Notes: generated from the letters alone by a model not told the origin. Positions 49,188 to 59,800 are shown, counted from the stretch's first letter. The stretch is 64,000 bases of DNA from Alphaproteobacteria bacterium (GCA_965229935.1 CBDDKB010000002.1:130178-194177), one strand, 5' to 3'. Program-made: numbers and translations.

Positions 49188-50219
49188 TTGTCCGAACCAA
49201 ATGATGATGCCATAGCGCTTCAAAAAATGATGGCGGAGGCGATGACCCGCCGGGACTTTCCATTCAATGTGTCACCCGTAGGGCCATGGACCACAGGTCT
49301 GATCCTATTTGTTTTGTTAGCCGCGCTGACATGGTTGATCACAGCATTTGTAGAAGGCGCACCAAATTCATCTGTTGCATCTATTGAAGTTGCAGACGCA
49401 TCTATCATCGCTGTTATGGTCTATACATTGACAATGAACGAGGTTGGCAGGCGTGGATTCTTGCGTGACTACGCATTGTTGTCGCCAACGCTTATTATTT
49501 CAGATGGTGAAAAATTGGAAATTTTGCGTCCGGTTTTGGAACATCGGGGCAAATCGCGGATCATTGCAGGAATTATTTTTTCCTTCGTCACTTTACCACC
49601 CATTATCTTTTTTGTGTTTGTGCAGCGCAATGCTGCAGGTGAATTGATGTCTGTTTCAATATTGTTACTGGCGTTGATGTTAATCGTTGTTGGCAGCGCA
49701 ATGTTTGATACATTTTTTTCGTACCGGCGTTTGCTTGGTTTGATGAAGTCAGGATTGAAAATTGATCTGTTAGATGTTCGTTCACTTGAAGTGATCGGGC
49801 ATACCGGCGTGCGAGTTGCGTTGATGATGGCAATGGGCGCTGTGTTTGCAACTCCATTATTGGCAGAGGACAATGCCCTGATCATTACAAGCATCTTCCT
49901 GATTGCCTTGCTGGGCGGGGCTTTACTGGTGATGCTGCTGCCATCACTTGAAGCATCGCGCGCCATTCGGGGCGCAAAGGATCGCGAGTTGCGACGCGTC
50001 AATAATATGATCAGAGCGGTGCGAGAAGACATGAAAAGTGATGTATCACACAGTGAAAAGATGCAGGGTCTGATTGCCTATCGTTCAATGATTACTGACA
50101 TCAGTGTGTGGCCTGTTAGTGTGCCAACAGTGTTGCGCGTTGTCGTGATTGCCTTGTTGCCTGTAGCATCTGTGTTCGGTGGTGTTGCACTTGAACAGGT
50201 TGTTGAACGCTTCATGTAA
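49188..50219 (+). CDS. Hypothetical polytopic membrane protein (about 8 TM) in an AT-rich segment next to tRNA-Arg
   Basis: 343 aa, about 45% GC against about 55% nearby. No recognisable family. Confidence 0.45.
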   Translation: MSEPNDDAIALQKMMAEAMTRRDFPFNVSPVGPWTTGLILFVLLAALTWLITAFVEGAPNSSVASIEVADASIIAVMVYTLTMNEVGRRGFLRDYALLSPTLIISDGEKLEILRPVLEHRGKSRIIAGIIFSFVTLPPIIFFVFVQRNAAGELMSVSILLLALMLIVVGSAMFDTFFSYRRLLGLMKSGLKIDLLDVRSLEVIGHTGVRVALMMAMGAVFATPLLAEDNALIITSIFLIALLGGALLVMLLPSLEASRAIRGAKDRELRRVNNMIRAVREDMKSDVSHSEKMQGLIAYRSMITDISVWPVSVPTVLRVVVIALLPVASVFGGVALEQVVERFM

Positions 50220-50443
50220 GCAAAATTTACGTTCAGAACAGCGTGACTTCATTGCAACGAATTTGTTTCAGTTTAAAGAATTCGGTTTGACAAGGGTTTG
50301 TCACATGCTCACTATGCAACTGCTAAATGGCGTGAAAACGAATCATAGTGGCAAGAGAAAAATTTGCTTTTATGAAAATTTAAAACGCATGTCTTTGTTG
50401 ACATGTAGAACCAACCCAAAAACGACCAGATAGGGAGTGGGGA

Positions 50444-51001
50444 ATGACCGAAACAGTTGAAGGCACAACAATGGCTGCCGCAGCAAAGACAGCACGTAAA
50501 ACTGCTGCCAAGAAAAAAACCGCCGCCAAGAAAAAAACAGCGGCAAAGAAAAAGACAGTAGCTAAGAAGAAAACTGTCGCTAAGAAAAAGACAGCAGCTA
50601 AGAAGAAAACTGCAGCCAAGAAAAAGACAGTCGCTAAGAAAAAGACAGTCGCTAAGAAAAAGACAGTCGCTAAGAAGAAGACTGCGGCTAAGAAGAAAAC
50701 TGCGGCTAAGAAAAAAACTGCAGCTAAGAAGAAAACTGCAGCCAAGAAAAAGACAGTCGCTAAAAAGCGCCCTGCAGCTAAAAAGAAAACTGCTGCTAAG
50801 AAAAAGACAGTCGCTAAAAAGCGTCCCGCAGCTAAAAAGAAAACTGCTGCTAAGAAAAAGACAGTCGCTAAAAAGCGTCCCGCAGCTAAAAAGAAAACTG
50901 CTGCTAAAAAGAAAACAGCAGCCAAACGTCCTGCAGCTAAGAAAAAAACTGCAGCAAAGCGTCCCGCAGCTAAGCGGAAGACAGCAGCGCGTCGCAAATA
51001 A
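50444..51001 (+). CDS. Histone H1-like lysine/alanine-rich nucleoid-associated protein (AAKKKT hexapeptide repeats)
   Basis: 185 aa, almost entirely A/V-A-K-K-K/R-T/P repeats. GGGAG SD. Strong terminator follows. Confidence 0.65.
   Translation: MTETVEGTTMAAAAKTARKTAAKKKTAAKKKTAAKKKTVAKKKTVAKKKTAAKKKTAAKKKTVAKKKTVAKKKTVAKKKTAAKKKTAAKKKTAAKKKTAAKKKTVAKKRPAAKKKTAAKKKTVAKKRPAAKKKTAAKKKTVAKKRPAAKKKTAAKKKTAAKRPAAKKKTAAKRPAAKRKTAARRK
50480..50990 (+). repeat. About 28 in-frame 18-bp tandem repeats encoding (A/V)AKKKT, with heavy synonymous variation between copies
   Basis: Codon choice varies (gccaagaaaaaaacc / gctaagaagaaaact / gcaaagaaaaagaca) while the peptide is held constant. Confidence 0.85.
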
Positions 51002-51033
51002 GGATTTGGCGGTAACGCCACAATCGAAAAAAA

Positions 51034-51064
51034 GGGGTATCCTCACGGGTGCCCCTTTTATTTT
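51034..51064 (+). terminator. Rho-independent terminator (ggggta..tgcccc stem plus TTTTATTTT)
   Basis: Immediately after the H1-like gene stop. Confidence 0.65.
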
Positions 51065-51101
51065 GGCTGAATTGGTATTTTGACCGACTTGGAAACCAAA
51101 A

Positions 51102-51965
51102 GTGTACACCATTCTCAAATCGTTTGTTTTTTGTCTGTGTGCCGCCGCGTCATTGTTAACGACTGCGGCGGGTGTATTGGCATCTGATCAACTTACGCAG
51201 CAGGGCCTGACGAAAATCGGCGCACCTGTGCAGGTTGTTGCAATTATTGACGGCGATACGCTTGTTTTACAGGATGGTCGCGAGGTCCGTTTGGTTGGCA
51301 TTCAGGCGCCAAAATTGCCGCTTGGGCGTAAAGGTTTCAAACCATGGCCTTTGGCTGATGAGGCGAAGGATAGATTGTCAAACTTGACCCTTGGTCGGCA
51401 GGTGGAGCTGTTCGCAGGTCCGACACAAGTTGATCGCCATGATAGGCTGTTGGCCCATCTTCTTGTAACTGGTTCTGATGGTGAACCAATTTGGGTGCAG
51501 CAGCAATTATTGGCGGATGGATTGGCGCGCGTTTATAGCTTTGCCGACAATCGCGTGGCGCTGGCGCCCTTGTTTGTGGCAGAGGATAAGGCCCGTCTGT
51601 CCCGGCGTGGCATATGGGGAAAGGACTATTATCAGGTCTGGTCGGCACAAAAAATTGCCGCCGCCGTCAAATCACGGTCATATTCTGCGGACAGGTTTGA
51701 ATTGGTCGAAGGGCGCATCGTTGATGTGAGCATATTTCGTGATCGCGCCTATTTGAATTTTGGCCCTGATTGGCGGGATGATTTTTCTGTTATGATCAAG
51801 GCAGAAGATCTTCGCCATTTTGGTGATAGTGATAAGCTGGCAGAAACATTTTTGCTATCATTGAAAGGGCGGCAGGTTAGGGTGCGCGGCTGGACCTATT
51901 ATAAGAATGGGCCGATGATGCGCATTACACACAAAGAACGGCTGACAGTGTTGCCGGAAAACTAA
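51102..51965 (+). CDS. Secreted thermonuclease (staphylococcal-nuclease-like, SNc) family protein
   Basis: GTG start. Signal peptide. SNase-like core GDTLVLQDGREVRLVGIQAPK...DRHDRLLAHL...ADGLARVY. Confidence 0.7.
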   Translation: MYTILKSFVFCLCAAASLLTTAAGVLASDQLTQQGLTKIGAPVQVVAIIDGDTLVLQDGREVRLVGIQAPKLPLGRKGFKPWPLADEAKDRLSNLTLGRQVELFAGPTQVDRHDRLLAHLLVTGSDGEPIWVQQQLLADGLARVYSFADNRVALAPLFVAEDKARLSRRGIWGKDYYQVWSAQKIAAAVKSRSYSADRFELVEGRIVDVSIFRDRAYLNFGPDWRDDFSVMIKAEDLRHFGDSDKLAETFLLSLKGRQVRVRGWTYYKNGPMMRITHKERLTVLPEN

Positions 51966-51983
51966 GCAGGTGGAGTGTTTGAC

Positions 51984-53459
51984 ATGACCAGAAAAACAAG
52001 CTGGACCAAAACTTTATTGATCGGTTTTGTGATTGCGCCGCTCATGACCGCCTGCACACAAAATCCGGCAACGGGGAAAAGCGAATTCACCTTGATGTCG
52101 CCTGCGCAAGAAGCGGCAATCGGGAAGGAAAACCACGCCAAGATATTGGAACAGTTTGGCGGTGCCTATGACGACCCGGCTATTGGTGGCTATGTCGCCT
52201 CAGTCGGTGGGCGGATGGCGGCTAAATCTGAGCTGCCTGCCAATCAGTTTCATTTCACAGTATTGAATTCCCCTGTGGTGAACGCCTTTGCTCTTCCTGG
52301 CGGCTATGTCTATGTCACGCGCGGATTGTTGGCGCTTGCCAAGGATGAATCTGAGCTTGCATCTGTTCTTGGTCATGAAATTGGCCACGTTACCGCGCGC
52401 CACGGGGCGCAGCGGCAAACACGCTCAACCCTGATTGGTCTATTGGCCGTTGGCGTATCGGCGGCGGCTGGTAATCAGGCTGTCAGTCAGGCAGCAGGAT
52501 TGGCCGGACAATATTTCATCGCCAGCTATTCGCGCGAGCAGGAGTTTCAGGCTGATGATCTTGGTTTGCGCTACATTTCGCGTACGCATATGGACCCTTA
52601 TGGATCGCCCCGCTTTTTAGGACGATTAGGTGATCATAGCGAGTTGCAACAACGCATTGCGGGGGCTGATGGCCGCTCCAGCCTTGCTGACTTTTTTGCG
52701 ACCCATCCTTCCTCCCCTGATCGGGTTCGGCGTGCTACAGGGCGTGCACAGAAAATTGCGCAGCCGGGCCAAAAGGCACGTGGCGAGGGCGCTTACTTAA
52801 GCACCATCGATGGCATGATCTATGGGGATTCGCCCGAACAAGGGTTCATTCGGAACAAACAGTTCTTGCACCCGATTATGAAGCTGGCCTTTAAGGTGCC
52901 TGATGGCTTTACCATGATGAATTCGTCTGCTGCTGTGCAGGCACGTCATGATTCAGGACAGGCGATCATTCAATTTGATGGGGCGAAGATGCCCGCTCAT
53001 GGCAGTTTGCGCCGCTTTCTTGTAGAAGATTGGGGCAAGGGTGTTGAGGTGACGCAAGTTGAATCGATCAAGATCAATGGCATGCGCGCTGAAACCGGGT
53101 CCGTGACAACGACCCAGAATGGGCAGCCTGTTACTCATCGTCTGGTGGCAATCCATTATGGCGGTGACAAGATTTACCGTCTGCACATGATGGCACCCCA
53201 ATCACAGTTCAATAAGTTCGCCACGGGCTTTCAGCGCACGACCTATAGCTTCCGTAAATTGTCAGATCGTGAGGCAAAGGGGCTGAAACCCTATCGACTG
53301 CGTATAGTGACCGTTGGGCGCGGGCAAACCGTTGCCAGCCTGGCGCGGAAGATGCCCTATGACACTTTTCAAGAAGAACGCTTCCGCGTCTTGAACGGTT
53401 TTGATGCCAATGAGGAAGTTCGTGCAGGGCAAAAGGTCAAGCTTGTGACCGCCAATTAG
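51984..53459 (+). CDS. M48 family metalloprotease lipoprotein with C-terminal LysM domain
   Basis: Lipobox LMTAC. HEIGHVTARH (HExxH). C-terminal GQTVASLARK...VLNGFDANEEVRAGQKVKL is LysM-like. Track start 51975 is GTG. Confidence 0.7.
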   Translation: MTRKTSWTKTLLIGFVIAPLMTACTQNPATGKSEFTLMSPAQEAAIGKENHAKILEQFGGAYDDPAIGGYVASVGGRMAAKSELPANQFHFTVLNSPVVNAFALPGGYVYVTRGLLALAKDESELASVLGHEIGHVTARHGAQRQTRSTLIGLLAVGVSAAAGNQAVSQAAGLAGQYFIASYSREQEFQADDLGLRYISRTHMDPYGSPRFLGRLGDHSELQQRIAGADGRSSLADFFATHPSSPDRVRRATGRAQKIAQPGQKARGEGAYLSTIDGMIYGDSPEQGFIRNKQFLHPIMKLAFKVPDGFTMMNSSAAVQARHDSGQAIIQFDGAKMPAHGSLRRFLVEDWGKGVEVTQVESIKINGMRAETGSVTTTQNGQPVTHRLVAIHYGGDKIYRLHMMAPQSQFNKFATGFQRTTYSFRKLSDREAKGLKPYRLRIVTVGRGQTVASLARKMPYDTFQEERFRVLNGFDANEEVRAGQKVKLVTAN

Positions 53460-53482
53460 GTTGGTGGCCATTTTTGTACTGC

Positions 53483-53971
53483 TCAGTGTTTGGCTGAGGC
53501 AACTGAAATAAAGACGCCCAACAAGATCAGGCCCATCATGCTTTCGACGGGCTCAACCAATTGTTCTATGCTGCCAACCGGCAGCGTGCATGTGGCCGAT
53601 CCTAGCGTGGCGAAATTGGCGGCGGATAAATATAGCGCCTGACCAAAGCTGGGATCATGATTGGTGCCGCATACCATATCGGCGTTGTAATAGACGCTGG
53701 CAAACATCAAGATCACCGTTAGGGAATGGATGCCCAAGGATAGTAATCTATGTTGCCGTGTGGACGCATGGCGGTCTGCTGTCAGCAAGACAGCCCAGGT
53801 CAATAAGGGTATCGCTACAACATAGGAATGTTGCGCCCATGGGACGACGTTAAAGGCGTCAGGGCCAATCCACGATACGATCATGCTGAATCCAAGCAGG
53901 CAAAGTGATAGCCAGACAGGTTCGTGGCGCAGACGGCGTAGACCTTTGGTTGTGGTGTGCCAGAAAGACAT
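53483..53971 (-). CDS. Hypothetical 4-5 TM membrane protein (possible ion-channel-like pore protein)
   Basis: 162 aa, hydrophobic helices, ALYLSAANFATLGS segment. No confident family. Confidence 0.35.
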   Translation of the reverse strand: MSFWHTTTKGLRRLRHEPVWLSLCLLGFSMIVSWIGPDAFNVVPWAQHSYVVAIPLLTWAVLLTADRHASTRQHRLLSLGIHSLTVILMFASVYYNADMVCGTNHDPSFGQALYLSAANFATLGSATCTLPVGSIEQLVEPVESMMGLILLGVFISVASAKH

Positions 53972-54030
53972 AAGGGCGCCCCTTTTTGTGCAGGTGCGCC
54001 CTCGTCATTGTCTGAAATGTAGCGGTCGCG

Positions 54031-55113
54031 TTATGCGGCGGCTTTCAGGCGAACCTTCTGCAGCCCAGCTTCAACCGCTTCGATGGCCTCGTCAAGGCTG
54101 ACCTTGTCCACAGCAGCCAGTTCACGTGCCAAACGGTCAAGTGCAGCTTCATAAAGCTGACGTTCTGAATAGCTTTGCTCAGGCTGACCTTCACCGCGAT
54201 AAAGGTCGCGAACAACTTCTGCAATTGCAATCAAATCGCCTGAGTTGATCTTGGCTTCATATTCTTGTGCACGGCGGCTCCACATTGTGCGTTTGATGCG
54301 CGCGCGGCCCTTCAGGGTTTGGCGTGCCTTGGCAACAATAGAATCGTCTGACAATTGGCGCATGCCTGTGGCCTTGGCCTTGGCAAGCGGGACCCGCAGG
54401 GTCATCTTTTCCTGTTCGAAGTTGATTACGAACAGTTGCAAGGGGAAGCCTGCAACTTCCTGTTCTTCGATATCCGTAATCACGCCAACGCCGTGGGTCG
54501 GATAGACAACAAAGTCTTTAACCTTGAACCCATCCTTTTGTTTGGGCAGCGGCTTGCTTTTCTTGGCTACGGGCTTGGGTTCCACCTTCTTTTCGATGGC
54601 GGGGGTCGGCGGCACTGTTTCCAACGTCGCCCCACGGCCAGGCTTGCCAGAGGCAGGCTTAGGCTTACGCGCGGGCTTGCGCATTAGCGCTTCTTTAATC
54701 GCAGCAGCATTGCCCTTTTTGGTGGCGCCTTTTTTGGCAGCCGGTTTCTTTGCTGCGGTTTTCTTGGCTGCTGGCTTTTTCGCAGCAGGCTTTGTGGCCG
54801 CTTTGGTTGCGGTCTTTTTCGCGGCAGTCTTTTTAGCAGCAGGCTTTTTAGCGGCGGTTTTAGTTGCCGTTTTTTTCACAGCCGCTTTTTTAGGGGCAGC
54901 CTTTTTTGGTGCAGCTTTTTTAGTCGCAGCTTTCTTGGCTACCGGCTTTTTAGCAGCAGTTTTTTTCGCAGCGGTTTTCTTGGCCACAGGCTTTTTCGCC
55001 GCCGTTTTCTTAGCGGCGGGTTTTTTGGCTGTGGTCTTCTTCGGTGCGGATTTCTTTGCAGCGGTCTTCTTTGCGGTTGTCTTTTTTGCAGTTGCTTTCT
55101 TCGCGCTTGCCAT
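54031..55113 (-). CDS. cdnL: CarD/CdnL family RNA-polymerase-binding transcription factor fused to an N-terminal Lys/Ala-rich histone-H1-like extension of about 190 aa
   Basis: C-terminal 165 aa [37 protein letters not shown]... is the CarD_CdnL_TRCF fold. N-terminus [21 protein letters not shown]... ATG at 55113 with AAAGG SD. Confidence 0.7.
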   Translation of the reverse strand: MASAKKATAKKTTAKKTAAKKSAPKKTTAKKPAAKKTAAKKPVAKKTAAKKTAAKKPVAKKAATKKAAPKKAAPKKAAVKKTATKTAAKKPAAKKTAAKKTATKAATKPAAKKPAAKKTAAKKPAAKKGATKKGNAAAIKEALMRKPARKPKPASGKPGRGATLETVPPTPAIEKKVEPKPVAKKSKPLPKQKDGFKVKDFVVYPTHGVGVITDIEEQEVAGFPLQLFVINFEQEKMTLRVPLAKAKATGMRQLSDDSIVAKARQTLKGRARIKRTMWSRRAQEYEAKINSGDLIAIAEVVRDLYRGEGQPEQSYSERQLYEAALDRLARELAAVDKVSLDEAIEAVEAGLQKVRLKAAA

Positions 55114-55551
55114 AATAACCTTTGATCCTGCTGTTGCCGACTGTTTCACGTGAAACAGGCGCGTGGTTTCGTATTCACTTGATCGTTGTAAGTCAGACAA
55201 AGCATTTAGTTTCGGCACCAGTTCCGGTGACAAAAATCCGCCCGACCGTCATTTACAACAAGGCAATGCGATCAATGGGCGGTGCAATCCTGACAGTTTT
55301 GCACAAAAAAGGCGGCCAACGGTTAGGTGTTAGCCCCCTTTTGACGATCTAAAGGCATATAATACCACAAAAAACTCAAAAAATCAAAGGTAGCGCGCTG
55401 TTCCGGCGCAGCTAACGCTATGATTTTGTCATGTTTTTCCGCACGGCACAGTTTTGGACGAAATGCCGCGGTGCAGCAAAGTGGGCGCAAAGGCGCGTGG
55501 CGAGGGGCTTTACGGCCCTATAAGGCTTCAAAAACGGGCAAATGGGCCCTT

Positions 55552-55890
55552 TTAGTCGCCTTCGCCCGGATTTTCGGAGAAATACTTGCTGTATTTGTCG
55601 CCTTCTTCGGCGAATTTGTCCGCATCGGGCAGCGCATCACGCTTAATCGTGACATTCGGCCATTTTTCAGCGAATTCGGTGTTTACGGCCAGCATTTGTT
55701 CAACACCTTCATTGGTGTCGGGCACAATGGCGTCTACAGGGCATTCAGGTTCGCACACGCCGCAATCAATGCACTCATCCGGGTGGATGACCAGCATGTT
55801 TTCACCTTCATAGAAGCAATCAACCGGGCAAACCTCGACACAATCAAGATATTTGCACTTGATGCAGCCTTCCATCACCACATAGGTCAT
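55552..55890 (-). CDS. fdxA: 7Fe ferredoxin (3Fe-4S plus 4Fe-4S), FdxA type
   Basis: [17 protein letters not shown] and [12 protein letters not shown] cluster motifs; 112 aa. Confidence 0.85.
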   Translation of the reverse strand: MTYVVMEGCIKCKYLDCVEVCPVDCFYEGENMLVIHPDECIDCGVCEPECPVDAIVPDTNEGVEQMLAVNTEFAEKWPNVTIKRDALPDADKFAEEGDKYSKYFSENPGEGD

Positions 55891-56046
55891 ATTTTTCCCG
55901 GCCCATGCCGGCCCCTAAAGCAAATTTCTGTCGTGCTGGCCGCTAAAAACGCGCCAGAATGAATTGAAGGTGTCTTAGGCGTCTTGCGCGGTTTCGTCAA
56001 TTGGCAAGATAGCCTTAAATGCCGCGCCTATTATAATTGGCGCAAT

Positions 56047-56502
56047 TTATGACCCGCGCCGGGCCAGCACACGTTTGCGTGCCTCGCCCCGGTCGCGATC
56101 AGACACATAAAGCAGCCCGGCAACCCGGCGTATCAACATGTCTTCAAGCGGGCCAAGCTGGTCATCGGCAAGTACGATTTCCCACATGAGTTCCAAGATC
56201 ATGTCCCGTTCGTCGTGCGGCACCTCGTCTTTCAGGGTTTGGGTGAAACGCAGCAATTGCACAGAATCGCTGTGCAGGGCTTTTGCCTGTTCGCTTAGTG
56301 ATGTTGCCTCCCCCTCAGACAATGAAAAGCGATCCTGCAACAGGCGCATAATGGTCTGCCATTCTTCCTCCGCAATGCCATCTTCAACAGCGGCAGCCTC
56401 GATCATCAAGACACAAGCGGCGAGCGCCACAGGATCAACAGCTTTGGCCGCAGGGGACAATTGATCATCATTGGAAAAGAGGGATTTGAGCTTATCGAAC
56501 AT
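56047..56502 (-). CDS. TerB-like (tellurite-resistance/DjlA N-domain-like) helical protein
   Basis: 151-aa acidic helical protein. Family call tentative. Confidence 0.35.
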   Translation of the reverse strand: MFDKLKSLFSNDDQLSPAAKAVDPVALAACVLMIEAAAVEDGIAEEEWQTIMRLLQDRFSLSEGEATSLSEQAKALHSDSVQLLRFTQTLKDEVPHDERDMILELMWEIVLADDQLGPLEDMLIRRVAGLLYVSDRDRGEARKRVLARRGS

Positions 56503-56528
56503 GGCCGGACCTTTGTTGAGCGCGGGGG

Positions 56529-56855
56529 TTAGTTTTGATCGTCTGTTTCAAGATCATCATACAGTAAGGCTGCATCAGGCGCACCACCGCGGCGATTGGC
56601 AATAGCGTTGATTTTGATCACGCGCACACGATTGGACAGATAAAATGTTAGAACATCATCGGGGCGGACAAGGCTGCTGGGCTTAATGCCCGTCCGGCCG
56701 TTCAGGCGGAAGCGCTTCTTTTCAACCAACTGGGTGGCAGCACCGCGCGTCCGCACAAAGCGGGCGTGCCACAACCATTTGTCGATGCGTTGACTGTCCT
56801 GATCCTGATCAGAAACAGAGGGGGTGTTGGACGGTTTTGCTGATCGCCTTGCCAA
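56529..56855 (-). CDS. S4-domain RNA-binding protein, Hsp15-like
   Basis: IDKWLWHARFVRTRGAATQLVEKKRFRLNG S4 motif. Starts 6 nt after the helicase stop. Confidence 0.65.
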   Translation of the reverse strand: MARRSAKPSNTPSVSDQDQDSQRIDKWLWHARFVRTRGAATQLVEKKRFRLNGRTGIKPSSLVRPDDVLTFYLSNRVRVIKINAIANRRGGAPDAALLYDDLETDDQN

Positions 56856-56861
56856 GCCGGA

Positions 56862-59800
56862 TCAGTCCTTCCCGTCCTTGCCAAGCTGGTCTTTCAGGCC
56901 CTGCAATGCTGCAAAGGGTGAGTTTGGATCAGGCCCGCGCCGGGGTGACCCACCACCGCTGGAGAAATTGCGCGGCTTGTTTTGGCGCTGACCATTGCGA
57001 TCACCGCGCTTGCCGCGCTGGTTGCCTTGGCCGCCCTTGCCGCCGGGTTTGCCCTTGCCGCCACGATTGTTGCGCGCGCCATCATTGCCCCGCCGATCCG
57101 AACGGTCAGCATTTTGACGGGCAGGGGCTGCGCTGCCGATATGGCGTGCGCCGCGCTTTAGGCGCCATAGCAGGACTTTATTGGGGTCAATGGCGGGTGC
57201 TGCATCATTAGCGGCACCTTGTTCTGTATTCGCTTCAGCGGATTTTTCTGCGTCTTCACCTGCCCCAGCTTCGCCAGTCGCACTCGCTTCGCCAGTCGGA
57301 CTCGTTTCGCCAGCCTCCGCCGCTGCGCGTTCGCGTTCTTCCTTGGCGATTTGTTCGGGGGCCTTGGGGGCAAGCTGTGCCCCTTCGGGTAGATTATCGC
57401 GCATGGCTTCACGGCTGCGATAGCCAAGGGCCAACATGATGGAGGTAAACTCATCACCCGAACAGCCAACAATCGACATGTGATCGGCTGAAATTTCAAA
57501 TGGGCCTGTCGCATTCAGGGGGCGCAACATGTCCGACAAACGCTCAAGCATATCGATGCGCACAGCTTGACGGCCACACTGGCGGAAGCCGCACATTTCA
57601 TAAAAACCTTGTGGCGCGTCTTTCAGCGCGGGGGTTGAACATAGGCCCGCCGTTGGTACGTCCGGCAGTGTGTCAATCTCATCCGCCAATTGCCACAAAA
57701 GCAGGCGTAGCTGCACCTGACGGGGTTTTAGAATGGCAGGCTGGAACAAGGTCATCTCGCCAAAGCGGACACCATATTGGCGCAGCTCACCGCGGGCGGC
57801 CTGATCAAGGTCACGCAATCGTTCGGCAACTTCGCCATCGCGGGGCAATACGCCCAGATTTTCTACCAGCTCAAACGCGATGCCGCGGGCAACGCCTGAA
57901 TTCAATTCGCCATCGCGCAGTGCGGCGATGGGGGCCAATACCCCGTCAATATGATCCTGCAACCATTTGCCAAGCCGGACTTCGACCTGTGTGGCGATGG
58001 CGGGTTCAAGCCAATCATTCGCAAGCATCACTAGTTCGGGGCGCAGCTTGTGCGCGCCTTTTTTCAGACGTGCGATGACAGCACCATCCCAAGTCACTGT
58101 GCCGTCACTTTCCAAAGTAACAGGTGCAGGCGGTTCTTTCGGTGCCTTGAATGCTGATGTGGCTGGAGCAGCCTTGTCCCCACCGTCCGCTGTGTCCGCG
58201 CTTGCACCGGCGTCTGCGGCTTTGTCCGCTGACTGGGCGATCATGGCATCTGCCTTGGCACCGGCATCAAACAGCGCCAACAGGCGATGGGCGCGGGCAG
58301 CAAGTTCGACACTGACGGGGCCGCGTATAGCTTCGGCCAGTGTTTTTTTGGACAGATCATTTCCGGCACTATCGGCAGCGGACTGATCTTCAGCCGCTGT
58401 GAATGTAAAGCCGGTTATTGTGCCAACGCGTTCATCTTCGATAATCACGTCGCCTTGTGCGGTGACAGAGCCCATGAGGGGATCCTTTTCCTTTAACTTT
58501 CGTAACAGAACGCTTGTGCGCCGATCGACAAATCTTTGTGTCAGACGCTCATGTAGCGCATCTGACAGGGCATCTTCAATCTCTCGTGTGCGTTCTTGCC
58601 AATGTTTCGCATCATGCAACCAAGCTGATTTATGTGACAGATAGGTGAAGGTGCGAATATGTGCAATGCGCGCTTGCAGCGCATCAATGTCGCCATTCAG
58701 GTTATCTAACGGTCTGACAGCATTTTGCAACCAGTCTTCGCCGATATGTTCGCTTTGCCCCGTTAATTGATCAAACAGGGTTTTCAGCAGACGAATATGA
58801 ACGTCTTCAGGCGCACTGCGGAAATCAGGAATTTGCGCCACTTCCCATAACTGTTTCAGTCTGGCGGGTCCACTTAGCCTGTCGCGCACGTCTTCAAGGT
58901 CTGCCAGCGCCCGTAAGCTGCGCTGATCAAGCTGTTCGCGTGCCCTGATAAGGCCCTGAACGGGCGGTGGCCTGTCAAGCGAATGGAGAAGAGAGGGGAG
59001 GGAGCCGAATTCCAACGCCGCATGCCGCCACTGGGCGTGGCGCACCGCTTCAAACTCGCTGTTCAGGATTGCTTCGACTATTTCGTCATCCAATAGGGGG
59101 GCATCGGCTGTGGTGCCAAAGGTTCCGTCGGTGCGATAGCGTCCCGCACGTCCCGCGATCTGTGCCAATTCATCAGCGCGCAGGCCACGATGGCTGATCC
59201 CATCAAATTTCTGTGTCGCGGCGAAGGCCACATGGGTCAGATCCAGGTTAAGCCCCATCCCGATGGCGTCCGTTGCCACCAGAAAGTCAACCTCGCCGCT
59301 TTGATACATATCGACCTGCGCGTTGCGTGTGCGCGGGCTAAGGCCGCCCATCACAACAGCCGCGCCGCCGCGCTGGCGGCGGATCAGCTCTGCCATCGCA
59401 TAGACCTGATCGGCGGAAAAGCCGACAATGGCGCTGCGGCGGGGCAGGCGGGTCAATTTTTTGCTGCCCGCATAATCAAGCGTTGAAAAGCGCGGGCGCG
59501 ACTGGATATGCGCGTCAGGCAGCAAATGCCTGATCAGCGGGATCATCGTGGCGGACCCCAACAGCATGGTTTCGTCCAGCCCGCGCGCATGCAGCAGCCG
59601 ATTGGTAAAGACGTGCCCGCGTTCGCGGTCCTGTACCAACTGAATCTCATCAATCGCCAAAAAACGGACGGGGATATCAAGCGGCATCGCCTCTACCGTG
59701 GCGACCCAATAGGACGGGTTGGGCGGGACAATCCGTTCTTCGCCTGTAATCAGCGCGACTGAGCGGGGCCCCCGCAGCTTTGCCACACGGTCATAGACCT

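Noticed and set aside
50312-51118. 268-aa and 213-aa antisense ORFs over the AKKKT repeat gene, and the 209-aa plus-strand ORF 54524..55153 over the CdnL extension
   Set aside because: Reverse-strand reading of the Lys-codon repeats (AAG/AAA) gives Phe/Leu-rich open frames by chance. The sense genes have SD sequences and terminators.
55420-55962. 180-aa plus-strand ORF overlapping fdxA
   Set aside because: It lies opposite a clear 7Fe ferredoxin gene with intact Cys motifs, and has no SD.
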